Source: Christensenellaceae bacterium (GTDB lineage Bacteria; Bacillota; Clostridia; Christensenellales; Borkfalkiaceae). Taken from it: a DNA stretch of 64,000 bases. The position numbers and the translations under genes are program-made. Shown here piece after piece: positions 45,481 to 54,639 of this stretch. The stretch spans positions 17,116 through 81,115 of the forward strand of contig JAZRSR010000022.1 in the NCBI GenBank assembly GCA_045651665.1, read 5' to 3'. Within the stretch, counting starts at the first letter, position 1; every line of letters starts with the position of its first letter. Under the pieces are notes generated by a model. It did not search any database. It worked only from the letters and a program-made list of their open reading frames with translations, and was not told the origin of the DNA.

Positions 45481-46623
45481 TTACACCACCATTGCAAAGA
45501 AATTAAGGATTAAGCCACCCGCTATAACGGAAGCAATTTGACCTGATACGTTTGCGCCAACCGCGTGCATTAAAAGGAAATTTTGCTTGTCTTCATCTTG
45601 ACCCATTTTATGAACGATTCTTGCTGACATCGGGAAGGCTGAAATACCTGCAGCGCCAATCATCGGGTTGATCTTTTTACCTTCTGGTAAGAAGATATTA
45701 AAGAGTTTTGCAATTAAAACGCCACCCATAGTGTCAAATATAAATGCAAATAAACCAAGGCATAAAATAAGAAGAGTTCCAACGCTTAAGAATTCGTTTG
45801 CAGTCATTGTAAAAGCAACTGTAATACCAAGTAATAACGTGATAAGATTTGCAAGAACTTTTTGAGCGGTATCCGATAAAGATTCTAAAACTCCACATTC
45901 GCGAATGAGGTTACCAAACATTAAGAAACCGATAAGCGCAGCTGCGCCAGGAGCAATAAGACCTGTAATTACAGTAACTATGATAGGGAATAAAATTCTA
46001 GTAAGTTTAGATACTGCTTGCGGATTGTAAGGCATTTTTATTTTACGTTCTTTTTGAGTAGTGCAAAGTTTAATAATTGGAGGTTGAACTACTGGAACGA
46101 GTGCCATATACGAGTACGCTGCTACGGTAATAGGACCTAAAAGTCTAGGAGCAAGTTGAGTTGCAACAACGATTGAAGTAGGACCGTCTGCTGCGCCGAT
46201 TATTGCAATGGACGCTGCTTCTGGAAGTTCGAAGAAGAAAGATGCTAAAGTAAGTGTCATAAAAATACCGAACTGAGCCGCTGCGCCAAATAACATAAGT
46301 TTGGGGTTAGAAAGTATTGGACCAAAGTCAATCATTGCGCCTATACCAATGAAAAGTAAAAGCGGGAAAAGTTCGTTTGCAATACCTGCGTTGTATAAAG
46401 TGCCAAGAACTTCTGAAATACCTGCCGAACCGCTAAAGTTCGGGATATTCATAAGTATTGCACCAAAACCCATTGGAAGTAAAAGGGTTGGTTCCATTTG
46501 CTTTTTGATAGCAAGGAATATAAGTACGCTACCAATTGCCCACATGCCGATTTGTTTTAAGAACAAAATTGTGTTGGGGTGGCTTGAAAAAATACTTATG
46601 ACGTTGCTAAATAATTCTTCCAT
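45481..46623 (-). CDS. Sodium ion-translocating decarboxylase, beta subunit (OadB/GcdB/MmdB family)
   Basis: 380-aa polytopic protein with family-typical stretches (EPTLLLPMGFGAILMNIP, IGAADGPTSI, GAAGISAFPMSAR). RBS AGGAG. Confidence 0.87.
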   Translation of the reverse strand: MEELFSNVISIFSSHPNTILFLKQIGMWAIGSVLIFLAIKKQMEPTLLLPMGFGAILMNIPNFSGSAGISEVLGTLYNAGIANELFPLLLFIGIGAMIDFGPILSNPKLMLFGAAAQFGIFMTLTLASFFFELPEAASIAIIGAADGPTSIVVATQLAPRLLGPITVAAYSYMALVPVVQPPIIKLCTTQKERKIKMPYNPQAVSKLTRILFPIIVTVITGLIAPGAAALIGFLMFGNLIRECGVLESLSDTAQKVLANLITLLLGITVAFTMTANEFLSVGTLLILCLGLFAFIFDTMGGVLIAKLFNIFLPEGKKINPMIGAAGISAFPMSARIVHKMGQDEDKQNFLLMHAVGANVSGQIASVIAGGLILNFFAMVV

Positions 46624-46632
46624 AAATATCTC

Positions 46633-46653
46633 CTATAAGTATATTACTTATAG
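46633..46653. promoter_or_regulatory. Perfect inverted repeat between the oadB-like promoter and its RBS (candidate operator or leader hairpin)
   Basis: CTATAAGTA-TAT-TACTTATAG, with 9-bp arms, abutting the AGGAG RBS on the minus-strand mRNA. Confidence 0.35.
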
Positions 46654-46654
46654 T

Positions 46655-46683
46655 ATTATATCAAATAGCAGATTATTTTTCAA
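46655..46683 (-). promoter_or_regulatory. Sigma-A-type promoter for the oadB-like gene
   Basis: Minus strand TTGAAA, a 17-nt spacer, then TATAAT. Confidence 0.55.
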
Positions 46684-46723
46684 CATTATTTAAGTAATTT
46701 TATAAAAATGTTCTACGTAGCGT

Positions 46724-47611
46724 TTGTCCATAATAGAATATAGCGTGCTTGATTATTTGCCTAAAACATTACTTAAAGAACTATCAAAATTTAGTGATAA
46801 CTCAATTAACGAGATTAGGATAAGAAGGGATTGTCCAGTCGTTGTTACTGTTGAAGGTGAAAGGATAATATTAAGTAAGATAAGTTTAAGCGAAACGGAT
46901 ATTGAAAACGTAATATATAAAGTTTGTGACGGCACGATTTATTCTTACGAAGATCAAATTGTAAACGGCTATATTACTGATAATCAAGGCGTAAGGATTG
47001 GTTTGTCCGGTGAATTTGTTGTAAAGAATTCTAAAATTTTAGCCATACGTAGATTTTATTCGTTATGTATAAGGATTCCGCACGCGATAAGAGAAATTTC
47101 AACTGAGTTTTATAATTGCGTTTATCGTGGTGGTAGTATTTTGGTTGTTTCTCCACCAGGCGTTGGCAAGACTTCGTTTATTCGTGATTTAATTAATAAT
47201 TTAAGCGTTAATTCTATAAATAACGTTGTTGTGGTAGATGAAAGAAATGAAATATCAATGAACAACCCTAACGGTTCAAGTTTTATCAATAACAGCGTTG
47301 ACGTATTAGTTTACGCAACGAAAGATTACGGGTTTAATCAAGCGATAAGAACGCTTAATCCTAATTATATTATTACAGACGAGTTAGTTTCTTTAAGTGA
47401 CGTAAATTCAGTTATAAACGCAATTTACGGTGGCGTAAGCGTTGTTGCAACCGTTCACGGTGATTCGCTTGAAAATTGTTTTTCTAAAGAGTTCATAAAG
47501 CCACTTAAACGATTAAAAGTGTTTGATTACGTGGTGCTTATAGAGTTAAAAGATAATCAGCGAAAATATAGTTATTTTGATAAAGATTTTAATAAAATAT
47601 GTTTGCTCTAA
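46724..47611 (+). CDS. spoIIIAA: Stage III sporulation protein AA (AAA+ ATPase)
   Basis: EIRIRRDCPVVV, Walker A SPPGVGKTS and Walker B ITDEL. First gene of an 8-gene spoIIIA-like operon. The start (TTG 46724 or GTG 46745) is uncertain. Confidence 0.82.
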   Translation: MSIIEYSVLDYLPKTLLKELSKFSDNSINEIRIRRDCPVVVTVEGERIILSKISLSETDIENVIYKVCDGTIYSYEDQIVNGYITDNQGVRIGLSGEFVVKNSKILAIRRFYSLCIRIPHAIREISTEFYNCVYRGGSILVVSPPGVGKTSFIRDLINNLSVNSINNVVVVDERNEISMNNPNGSSFINNSVDVLVYATKDYGFNQAIRTLNPNYIITDELVSLSDVNSVINAIYGGVSVVATVHGDSLENCFSKEFIKPLKRLKVFDYVVLIELKDNQRKYSYFDKDFNKICLL

Positions 47612-48066
47612 AAATTTTGGTTGGATTTTTAAGTGTATATTGTTCTTATAAATTGGCAAAATTCAAAGCGTTAAAATATAAAGAAGTTTACTATTTTTGG
47701 GATTCGGTTTGTATTGCGTGTGATTTGCTAATAAGTGATTTATCCTATAAAAAAAGCGCAATAAAGAGTGTGCTTAACGTTGATTATCCATCTGAAACTT
47801 TTGCAAAACTAATTGGAGATTATCTTTTAGATAACGAGTGTAATTTTCCTAACTTTATTTCAGCGGAGAATACGATAAAACTTAACGGATTTATTTCAAG
47901 CGTTGGAAAGAGTGATAGTGAAACTCAAAAAAAATCGATTTTGTCATATAAAAATGAATTTATTAAAATAAAAGAAGAAAGTAAAATTTATTTTAATAAA
48001 AACTATAATTTAACTGTAAAAATCGGCGTTCTTATTGGAATAATGTTGTTTATTTTGGTGATTTGA
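47599..48066 (+). CDS. spoIIIAB: Stage III sporulation protein AB
   Basis: Size, N- and C-terminal TM helices, and position in the operon. Confidence 0.68.
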   Translation: MFALKILVGFLSVYCSYKLAKFKALKYKEVYYFWDSVCIACDLLISDLSYKKSAIKSVLNVDYPSETFAKLIGDYLLDNECNFPNFISAENTIKLNGFISSVGKSDSETQKKSILSYKNEFIKIKEESKIYFNKNYNLTVKIGVLIGIMLFILVI

Positions 48067-48269
48067 TGAATTATGGCATAGATATAATTTTCAAAATTGC
48101 GGCAATAGGTATCGTTGTAACCGTAGTTTGCCAAATACTTAAAAAATCAGATAGAGATGATATTGCAACTTTAGTGAGTTTGGCAGGTCTAATTATAGTT
48201 CTTACGTTGGTTATTTCAATGATTAGCGATTTGTTTAACAGTATTAAAGATATTTTTGGAATATATTAA
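48066..48269 (+). CDS. spoIIIAC: Stage III sporulation protein AC
   Basis: Two-TM 67-aa protein colinear with B. subtilis SpoIIIAC (IFKIAAIGIVV...DLFNSIKDIF). The ATG overlaps the upstream TGA. Confidence 0.8.
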   Translation: MNYGIDIIFKIAAIGIVVTVVCQILKKSDRDDIATLVSLAGLIIVLTLVISMISDLFNSIKDIFGIY

Positions 48270-48655
48270 TGGATATCATTAAAATAATATTTGTTGCTAT
48301 TGTTGGTGTAATTGTATTTTCATACTTGAAATCAAACAATTCAGAACTTGCAGGGTTATCCGCCGTTGCTTGTGGAATATTATTGTTGATTTTAACCGTT
48401 GATTACTTAATAGATGCTGTTGAGTTTTTCAAAAATATGGCCAGCAAAACGGGAATAGACGCTAACGTTTTTAAGTTGATTATAAAAATTGTTTCAATTT
48501 CGTATTTAACTGATTTTGCGTGTTCGCTTTCGCTCGATTTAGGCTCGTCGGTTATTAGCGACAAGGTTAGTTTTGCGGGTAGAATTATAATTTTTACATT
48601 ATCAATCCCAATTTTTAGTAACTTGTTTCAAATACTGTCATCTTTAATAAAATGA
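48269..48655 (+). CDS. spoIIIAD: Stage III sporulation protein AD
   Basis: 128-aa four-TM protein resembling SpoIIIAD (GIDANVFKLIIKIVSISYLTDFA). Confidence 0.8.
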   Translation: MDIIKIIFVAIVGVIVFSYLKSNNSELAGLSAVACGILLLILTVDYLIDAVEFFKNMASKTGIDANVFKLIIKIVSISYLTDFACSLSLDLGSSVISDKVSFAGRIIIFTLSIPIFSNLFQILSSLIK

Positions 48656-49818
48656 AAAAAGCGATTATTATAATTATTTCTTTAATATCGTTGTTCTTAA
48701 TTTTTACAATTAACGTTTATGCGGACGAAACGATTGATAAAGAAAATTTTGACGAAACTATCAACGACGTTTTAGAAGGGATAAATGAAGACGATTTTAT
48801 AGAAATAACGGAATTATTAAACTCGTTGTTTTCAGAAAATAAATCGTTAAAAGAGTGGGTTATAACTTTTATAACGGGCGAAAATTTATTTGACGTTAAG
48901 TCGGTATTTATATACTTAAAAGAATCGTTTTATAGCGTTTTTAATTCAGTTGTTGAAATAGTTTGTTATATTTTATTTGTTGCGATAATCTATTCTTTAG
49001 TAAATATAATAAATTTCAAAAAAACCGATAATTACGAAAATAATGCAATTTATTTTATTTGTTATTCAATAGTTGTAACTCTATTTGTTTACGTTGTTAA
49101 CAAGGTTTTGGTTGAGGCAACTCAATCGGTTGAAAAAATGACAAAAACAGTTGAAGCTTCATTTCCATTACTTGTGACTATTGGTGAATTTTGCGGTGGG
49201 TTTGGCGTTGGGTTATTAAAGCCTATAACCGCAATCTCTTCATTTTTAAGCGTTGTGCTATATAAGGAAGCGTTTATTCCTATATTATCAACTTGTTTCG
49301 TGTGTGTTTTGGTAAGCAATATTTCGCCAACTATAAAACTGAACGGCTTAATAAAGACGTTAATATCACTTGTAAAGTGGGTTATTGGTATTATAACTAT
49401 AATTTTTACTATTGCGCTAACTTCGCAAGGGCTAGTTAATTCACAGTATAGTGGATTGTCTTTCAAAATATTCAAATATGCAACTGGCTCAATGATACCT
49501 ATCGTCGGTAATTTTATAAGCGGTGGGCTTGATACTTTAGTTGCATCTGCAATTATCGTTAAAAATTCATTCGGTTTAATGATCGTGGTGTATTTGCTGT
49601 TCGTTGCTTTAAGGTCCGGCGTGTTAATTTTATTAACTTCTTTTGTTTTAAGATTCTTTGTCTCCCTTGCAGAACCAATTTTAGATATAAAATTCGTTAA
49701 TTTAACTATGGGAATTTGCGAGGTTTTGAACGTTCTTTGCGCTACCGTGTTTATATCTGCTTTTTCATACGTGTTAGTATCGCTAACAGTTATAAATTCT
49801 ACGTCGATGGTTGTTTAG
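48652..49818 (+). CDS. spoIIIAE: Stage III sporulation protein AE
   Basis: Signal peptide followed by a polytopic membrane domain of SpoIIIAE size; position in the operon. Confidence 0.78.
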   Translation: MKKAIIIIISLISLFLIFTINVYADETIDKENFDETINDVLEGINEDDFIEITELLNSLFSENKSLKEWVITFITGENLFDVKSVFIYLKESFYSVFNSVVEIVCYILFVAIIYSLVNIINFKKTDNYENNAIYFICYSIVVTLFVYVVNKVLVEATQSVEKMTKTVEASFPLLVTIGEFCGGFGVGLLKPITAISSFLSVVLYKEAFIPILSTCFVCVLVSNISPTIKLNGLIKTLISLVKWVIGIITIIFTIALTSQGLVNSQYSGLSFKIFKYATGSMIPIVGNFISGGLDTLVASAIIVKNSFGLMIVVYLLFVALRSGVLILLTSFVLRFFVSLAEPILDIKFVNLTMGICEVLNVLCATVFISAFSYVLVSLTVINSTSMVV

Positions 49819-50286
49819 ATGAGTAATTATTTGTTTTCTACGCTGTCAATAATAATTTTTTTAGCATTTTTAGATATGATAATATCTAAAACTAAAAATG
49901 GAAAAATGGTTAGAACTATAACGTCATTAATTGCGGTTAGTATGCTTGTTTTACCAATCGTTTCTATTATAAAAGGCGATAACAATATCGTTAAAAACGG
50001 TTATTATAGTGAATACCTAAGCGAGTATCTTGTAAATCTTGAAAAGAAAGTAATTTCAACTAAAATCAAGAACGCGTTAAAAGATTTTGAGTATGATGTT
50101 TTAAGTGTTGAAGTTGATTTTAATAATAGCGAAGATCAACTGATTGTTAAAAAAGTTAAAATTTTGCTTGATGAATCCGTCATAAGTGAAAATATATCGC
50201 ATATAGATATTGTAGAAAGTGTTGAGAAGTTACTTGAAACAGTTGTAGACGCCCAAAAAGTGGAGATAAAAATTGAAGCCTATTGA
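49819..50286 (+). CDS. spoIIIAF: Stage III sporulation protein AF
   Basis: Two N-terminal TM helices plus a soluble domain; size and position. Confidence 0.65.
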   Translation: MSNYLFSTLSIIIFLAFLDMIISKTKNGKMVRTITSLIAVSMLVLPIVSIIKGDNNIVKNGYYSEYLSEYLVNLEKKVISTKIKNALKDFEYDVLSVEVDFNNSEDQLIVKKVKILLDESVISENISHIDIVESVEKLLETVVDAQKVEIKIEAY

Positions 50287-50773
50287 TGATAACAATTCGC
50301 AAAAAAAACTAAAAAGCATTAAAAAAGAATACGTTTTTATATTAATAATTTGCATTGTAGTTGTGATTTTGTTTTTTTGGGGGAATGTAGGTGAAAGTAA
50401 ATTGTTATCTTCAAATAAAAAGGAAAGTAGTGATTATTCTTCAACACTTGAAAATAAACTTAAAAATATTCTTTCAGACGTTCAAGGGGTTGGAAAAGTA
50501 AACGTTTTTATATCTGTTGAAGGCGGTTATAGTGAAATTGTATTAAAAGAAATTGAAGAAAGCATTGAAAACGGCACAAAAACTTTAACTGAAAAAGTAG
50601 TTTTAGTTGGTGGAAAACCTTACGTGATCAGTACTGAAAATCCTAAAATTTTAGGAGTTTGCGTAGTTTGTGAAGGCGCAGACGACGTTAGCGTAAAGAT
50701 GAAAATTGTTGAAATATTAACTACTACGTTGAAATTGGACGCAGACTGCGTTCGAATTATAAAAATGAAATAA
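50273..50773 (+). CDS. spoIIIAG: Stage III sporulation protein AG
   Basis: N-terminal TM then VGKVNVFISVEGG...EGADD ring-building-motif-like domain. TTG start after GTGGAG. Confidence 0.75.
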   Translation: MKPIDDNNSQKKLKSIKKEYVFILIICIVVVILFFWGNVGESKLLSSNKKESSDYSSTLENKLKNILSDVQGVGKVNVFISVEGGYSEIVLKEIEESIENGTKTLTEKVVLVGGKPYVISTENPKILGVCVVCEGADDVSVKMKIVEILTTTLKLDADCVRIIKMK

Positions 50774-50786
50774 AAGGAGAAATAAA

Positions 50787-51254
50787 ATGTCAAAGAAGAA
50801 AAAAATTATAATACTTAGTTCAATGATTGCTTTACTTGCCGTAACTGCTGTGTTCAATTTTGTTCTTGCTGGTACTGATTCTATGCAAGATGCAACTAGC
50901 GCGAGTTACTTTATTGAGTATAAAGCGGAGCGTTCATCATCAAGAAACGAACAAATTTTGCAATTAGATAAAATTATATCTGAAGCAGAAACAAATTCTG
51001 ACGTTAGAGCAACGGCTCTCACTCAAAAACTTCAACTTACTGCGCTTACTGAACAAGAGATGAGATATGAATCTTTAATAAAGGCGCATGGTTATGATGA
51101 AGTTGTTGTTACAATGAATCTTAACTCTCCTAACGTAAACGTAGTTGTTAGAGATAGTGACTTTGATCAGACTGATGCAGTTAAAATTTACTCGATTTTA
51201 ACAAAAGATAGCGTAATTGATGCGGAAAATATAAATATTATTCCGTATCTTTGA
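50787..51254 (+). CDS. spoIIIAH: Stage III sporulation protein AH
   Basis: N-terminal TM, a Q/E-rich linker and a C-terminal YscJ/FliF-like domain (GYDEVVVTMN...VNVVV). Last gene of the operon. Confidence 0.7.
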   Translation: MSKKKKIIILSSMIALLAVTAVFNFVLAGTDSMQDATSASYFIEYKAERSSSRNEQILQLDKIISEAETNSDVRATALTQKLQLTALTEQEMRYESLIKAHGYDEVVVTMNLNSPNVNVVVRDSDFDQTDAVKIYSILTKDSVIDAENINIIPYL

Positions 51255-51323
51255 TAAAAACGCTATGTAATTTCAAAAATTTATGCTATACTAATAACAA
51301 AGTTATTATTTAGCGAGGTTTTT

Positions 51324-51677
51324 ATGAAATCTAATAAGCTTATTCCAAGTGAAGACGGAAATGGTAAAGTAGTTTATAATGCTGGGGTTATAAAAGGTAT
51401 TGTAGTTCTTGCCGTATCTGAAGTTCAGGGCGTTGCCATTAAGTCAAGTGGTAAAAAGGATAAACTTGATTACATTAAGATTGAATTTAACGGTAACGTA
51501 GTTTCAGTTGACGTTACGGTTGACGTTATGTTTGGTAATAGTATACCCGATTTAGCGTTTGACGTTCAAGAAAGTGTTAAACACAACGTTGAAGCAATGT
51601 CTAAATATAAAGTTAGTTCAGTAAACGTTCATATTGATAGCGTTTATTTTCAAGATGGAGTCGTTGAACAACAATAA
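51324..51677 (+). CDS. Asp23/Gls24-family (alkaline shock) protein
   Basis: IKGIVVLAVSEVQGV...VDVTVDV...SVNVHIDSV is typical of the Asp23 family. It is the conserved neighbour of nusB in Firmicutes (the yqhY position). Confidence 0.85.
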   Translation: MKSNKLIPSEDGNGKVVYNAGVIKGIVVLAVSEVQGVAIKSSGKKDKLDYIKIEFNGNVVSVDVTVDVMFGNSIPDLAFDVQESVKHNVEAMSKYKVSSVNVHIDSVYFQDGVVEQQ

Positions 51678-51740
51678 TTTTAAGTTAAACTGCCACAACC
51701 TTAGTTGCGGCGGTTTGTTTTTTGCTAAATTAGGAGAATT

Positions 51741-52145
51741 ATGAGAAACAAGGCGAGAGAAGCGGTTTACAAATTGCTTTTTAGTAATCAATTTAACGAT
51801 AAGTTTGATGATGATTTTAAGTTGTTTATTTACAACGAAGAAAATCTTAATGAAAAAGACGTTGAGTTTGCTAATGAACTTTTAGATAGTTTTATTAAAA
51901 ACGAAGAAACGGTTAATTGTATAATTTCTGACCTTTCAAAGGGGTATAATTTTGAAAGATTATATTCTATGGACAAGTGCGCTCTTCAAATTGCCGTTAC
52001 TGAAATGACTTATATGAGTGATATTCCACTTATCGTTTCAATTAGCGAAGCTATGGAACTTATAAGAAAATATTCAACGAAAGAAAGCCCCAATTTTGTT
52101 AATGGCATTTTAGCGGAATATAAAAAACAATTGGAGAATAAATAA
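51741..52145 (+). CDS. nusB: Transcription antitermination factor NusB
   Basis: RNKAREAVYKLLF start and NFVNGIL motif. Confidence 0.9.
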   Translation: MRNKAREAVYKLLFSNQFNDKFDDDFKLFIYNEENLNEKDVEFANELLDSFIKNEETVNCIISDLSKGYNFERLYSMDKCALQIAVTEMTYMSDIPLIVSISEAMELIRKYSTKESPNFVNGILAEYKKQLENK

Positions 52146-53002
52146 TGGTTTTACTCGATGGAAAATTGTATTCTAAAGAATTAAGAGTTGAAATTAAAGA
52201 AAAAGCAGATTTATTTTGTGAAAAATTTGGTAGAAAGGTTGGGCTTGCAGTCGTTATAATTGGTGAAGACCCTGCCTCTCAAATTTACGTTAATAATAAA
52301 ATTAAAGCAACAGAAGAGTGCGGTATGAAGTCTTTTACGGTAAGGCTTCCTGAAACCGTATCTCAAGAGTTTGCTGAAGAAGAAGTTAAAAAACTTGCGT
52401 TAAATCCTGATGTTGATGGTATAATCGTTCAACTTCCGTTACCAAAGAAGTTTGATAGTTCTAAAATTTTAGCGCATATTCCTGCTGAAAAGGACGTTGA
52501 CGGATTATGTTCGTTAAACCTTGGTAGGCTTTTTAAGGGTGAAAAATCGCTTCCGTCTTGCACTCCCTACGGTATAATTAAACTCTTAAAGAGATATAAC
52601 GTTGAATTTAGTGGTAAGACTGCAGTCGTTATTGGTAGAAGTAATATGGTTGGCAAACCTATTGCAGCGCTCTTATTGCACGAAAACTCAACGGTTACCG
52701 TTTGTCACTCAAAAACTCAAGATATTGGCGCGGTTAGTAGAACTGCGGATATTTTAGTTGTAGCAATCGGTAAGAGTAGGTTCGTTACTGAAGATATGGT
52801 TAAAGACGGTGCAGTTGTAGTTGACGTTGGTATGAATAGAGAAGAAGGTAAACTTTACGGCGACGTTGATTTTGAAGGTGTTTCTAAAAAAGCTTCTTAT
52901 ATAACTCCGGTTCCTGGTGGCGTAGGTCCGATGACGGTTACTATGCTTATGTATAATACCGTAGTTGCGGCGTTTAGGAGTGAAGGCGTAGATGAACTTT
53001 AA
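52145..53002 (+). CDS. folD: Bifunctional methylenetetrahydrofolate dehydrogenase/cyclohydrolase FolD
   Basis: DGIIVQLPLP, VIGRSNMVGKP and PVPGGVGPMT motifs. Confidence 0.96.
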   Translation: MVLLDGKLYSKELRVEIKEKADLFCEKFGRKVGLAVVIIGEDPASQIYVNNKIKATEECGMKSFTVRLPETVSQEFAEEEVKKLALNPDVDGIIVQLPLPKKFDSSKILAHIPAEKDVDGLCSLNLGRLFKGEKSLPSCTPYGIIKLLKRYNVEFSGKTAVVIGRSNMVGKPIAALLLHENSTVTVCHSKTQDIGAVSRTADILVVAIGKSRFVTEDMVKDGAVVVDVGMNREEGKLYGDVDFEGVSKKASYITPVPGGVGPMTVTMLMYNTVVAAFRSEGVDEL

Positions 53003-53861
53003 TAAGAGATATAACGATTATAAAGAGATTTTTGAGTTAGAACTTAATCAAAGAATAGCATCTATTAATTCTTGTAATCAAACGCTTAAAGATGCTATGG
53101 TTTACAGTCTTACAGCGAGTGGTAAAAGAATTAGGCCGGTTATAATGCTTGGTGTTGCGGAACTCCTTTGTATTGAATTTACAAAGGTTTTACCGTTTGC
53201 GGTTGCTATTGAGTGTATTCATACTTATTCGCTTATTCACGATGATTTACCTGCGATGGATAACGATGATTTAAGGCGTGGGAAACCAACTTGTCATAAA
53301 GTATACGGAGAGGCGATGGCTATTTTAGCGGGTGACGCTTTGCTTAACTACGCTTACGAAGTTTTACTTAGAGCAATAAGTGATAACAACTCGCTTTCCG
53401 CGTCTAGATTACTCGCTTTATACGCAGGTGCGTTTGGTATGGTAGGTGGTCAAGCCATTGATATTTTATCTGAAAACTCTGGTGAAATAAGTGAAAAAAT
53501 TCTTTTTGATATGCACTCTAATAAAACGGGTAAATTACTTCTTGCATCAACTCTTATTCCAAGTTGTTTGGCGGGAAACGAAGAGTTTGATAAATTAAGT
53601 AATTTTGGTAGGAATTTAGGTCTTTTATTTCAAGTAACTGATGATATTTTAGACGTAACTTCAACTAAAGAAAAACTTGGTAAATCAATCAATAAAGACG
53701 AGAATAGTAATAAGCTAACTTTCGTTACGCTTTTTGGCCTTGAAGGTGCTAAAAAACGCGCTGAAGAATATTACAATCAAGCAAAAGATGCAATTTCAGG
53801 TTTCAATGAAAACGAATTTTTAATTGCGCTTCTTGATTTTATCAAAAATAGAGAGTTTTAA
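52992..53861 (+). CDS. ispA: Polyprenyl (farnesyl/geranylgeranyl) diphosphate synthase
   Basis: FARM LIHDDLPAMDNDDLRRG and SARM FQVTDDILD. Confidence 0.9.
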   Translation: MNFNKRYNDYKEIFELELNQRIASINSCNQTLKDAMVYSLTASGKRIRPVIMLGVAELLCIEFTKVLPFAVAIECIHTYSLIHDDLPAMDNDDLRRGKPTCHKVYGEAMAILAGDALLNYAYEVLLRAISDNNSLSASRLLALYAGAFGMVGGQAIDILSENSGEISEKILFDMHSNKTGKLLLASTLIPSCLAGNEEFDKLSNFGRNLGLLFQVTDDILDVTSTKEKLGKSINKDENSNKLTFVTLFGLEGAKKRAEEYYNQAKDAISGFNENEFLIALLDFIKNREF

Positions 53862-53862
53862 T

Positions 53863-54630
53863 ATGAGAATTGACGCGTTACTTTATAATGAAGGCGTGTT
53901 TCCGTCAAGGTCAAAGGCAACGCAAGCCGTTTTAGACGGGCTTGTTTGTTACAAAGGGCAAGTTGTGTTAAAACCGTCTACTAACGTTGAAGATTTCTCG
54001 CTTGTAACCGTAAATGAAAGAAGTTCTACTTTCGTTTCAAATGGTGGGTACAAACTTGAGAAAGCGTTAAAAGATTTTAATATACAAGTTACTTCGCTCG
54101 TTTTTGCTGATATTGGGGCTTCAAACGGTGGGTTTACCGACTGTTTATTGAAAAATGGCGCTAAAAAAGTTTTTGCCGTTGACGTTGGCGAAACTCAACT
54201 TGATAAATCACTTTTAACGGATAATAGGGTTGTAGTAAAAGATAATACAAATGCAAGATTTTTAACTAATGAAACGCTTGGTGAAACGGTTGACGGGGTT
54301 ACAGTTGACGTTAGTTTTATTTCTTTAACCTACATACTTCAAGGAGTTAAAAGCGTTCTTAAAGACGATGGCTTTGCCATATTTTTAATAAAACCGCAGT
54401 TTGAGTGTGGTAAAGAGTATTTAGGCAATAGCGGTATTGTAAAAAGCGCAAATGCTAGAAAATTGGCGGTCAAAAAGGTTTACGATGCGTGTTTAGCGCA
54501 AGGTTTATATGCGGTAGATTTTACAACCGCACCCATAAAAGAAAAGAAAAACATTGAGTATTTAATACTCTTAAAAAATAATAGCAAATCAAAAATTTTA
54601 TCTTATGAAGATATAATTTGTAAAATTTAG
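53863..54630 (+). CDS. tlyA: TlyA-family rRNA 2'-O-methyltransferase (S4 domain plus FtsJ-like MTase)
   Basis: N-terminal S4-like domain RIDALL...SRSKA and DIGASNGGFTDC SAM motif. Confidence 0.87.
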   Translation: MRIDALLYNEGVFPSRSKATQAVLDGLVCYKGQVVLKPSTNVEDFSLVTVNERSSTFVSNGGYKLEKALKDFNIQVTSLVFADIGASNGGFTDCLLKNGAKKVFAVDVGETQLDKSLLTDNRVVVKDNTNARFLTNETLGETVDGVTVDVSFISLTYILQGVKSVLKDDGFAIFLIKPQFECGKEYLGNSGIVKSANARKLAVKKVYDACLAQGLYAVDFTTAPIKEKKNIEYLILLKNNSKSKILSYEDIICKI

Positions 54631-54639
54631 GTGGACATT

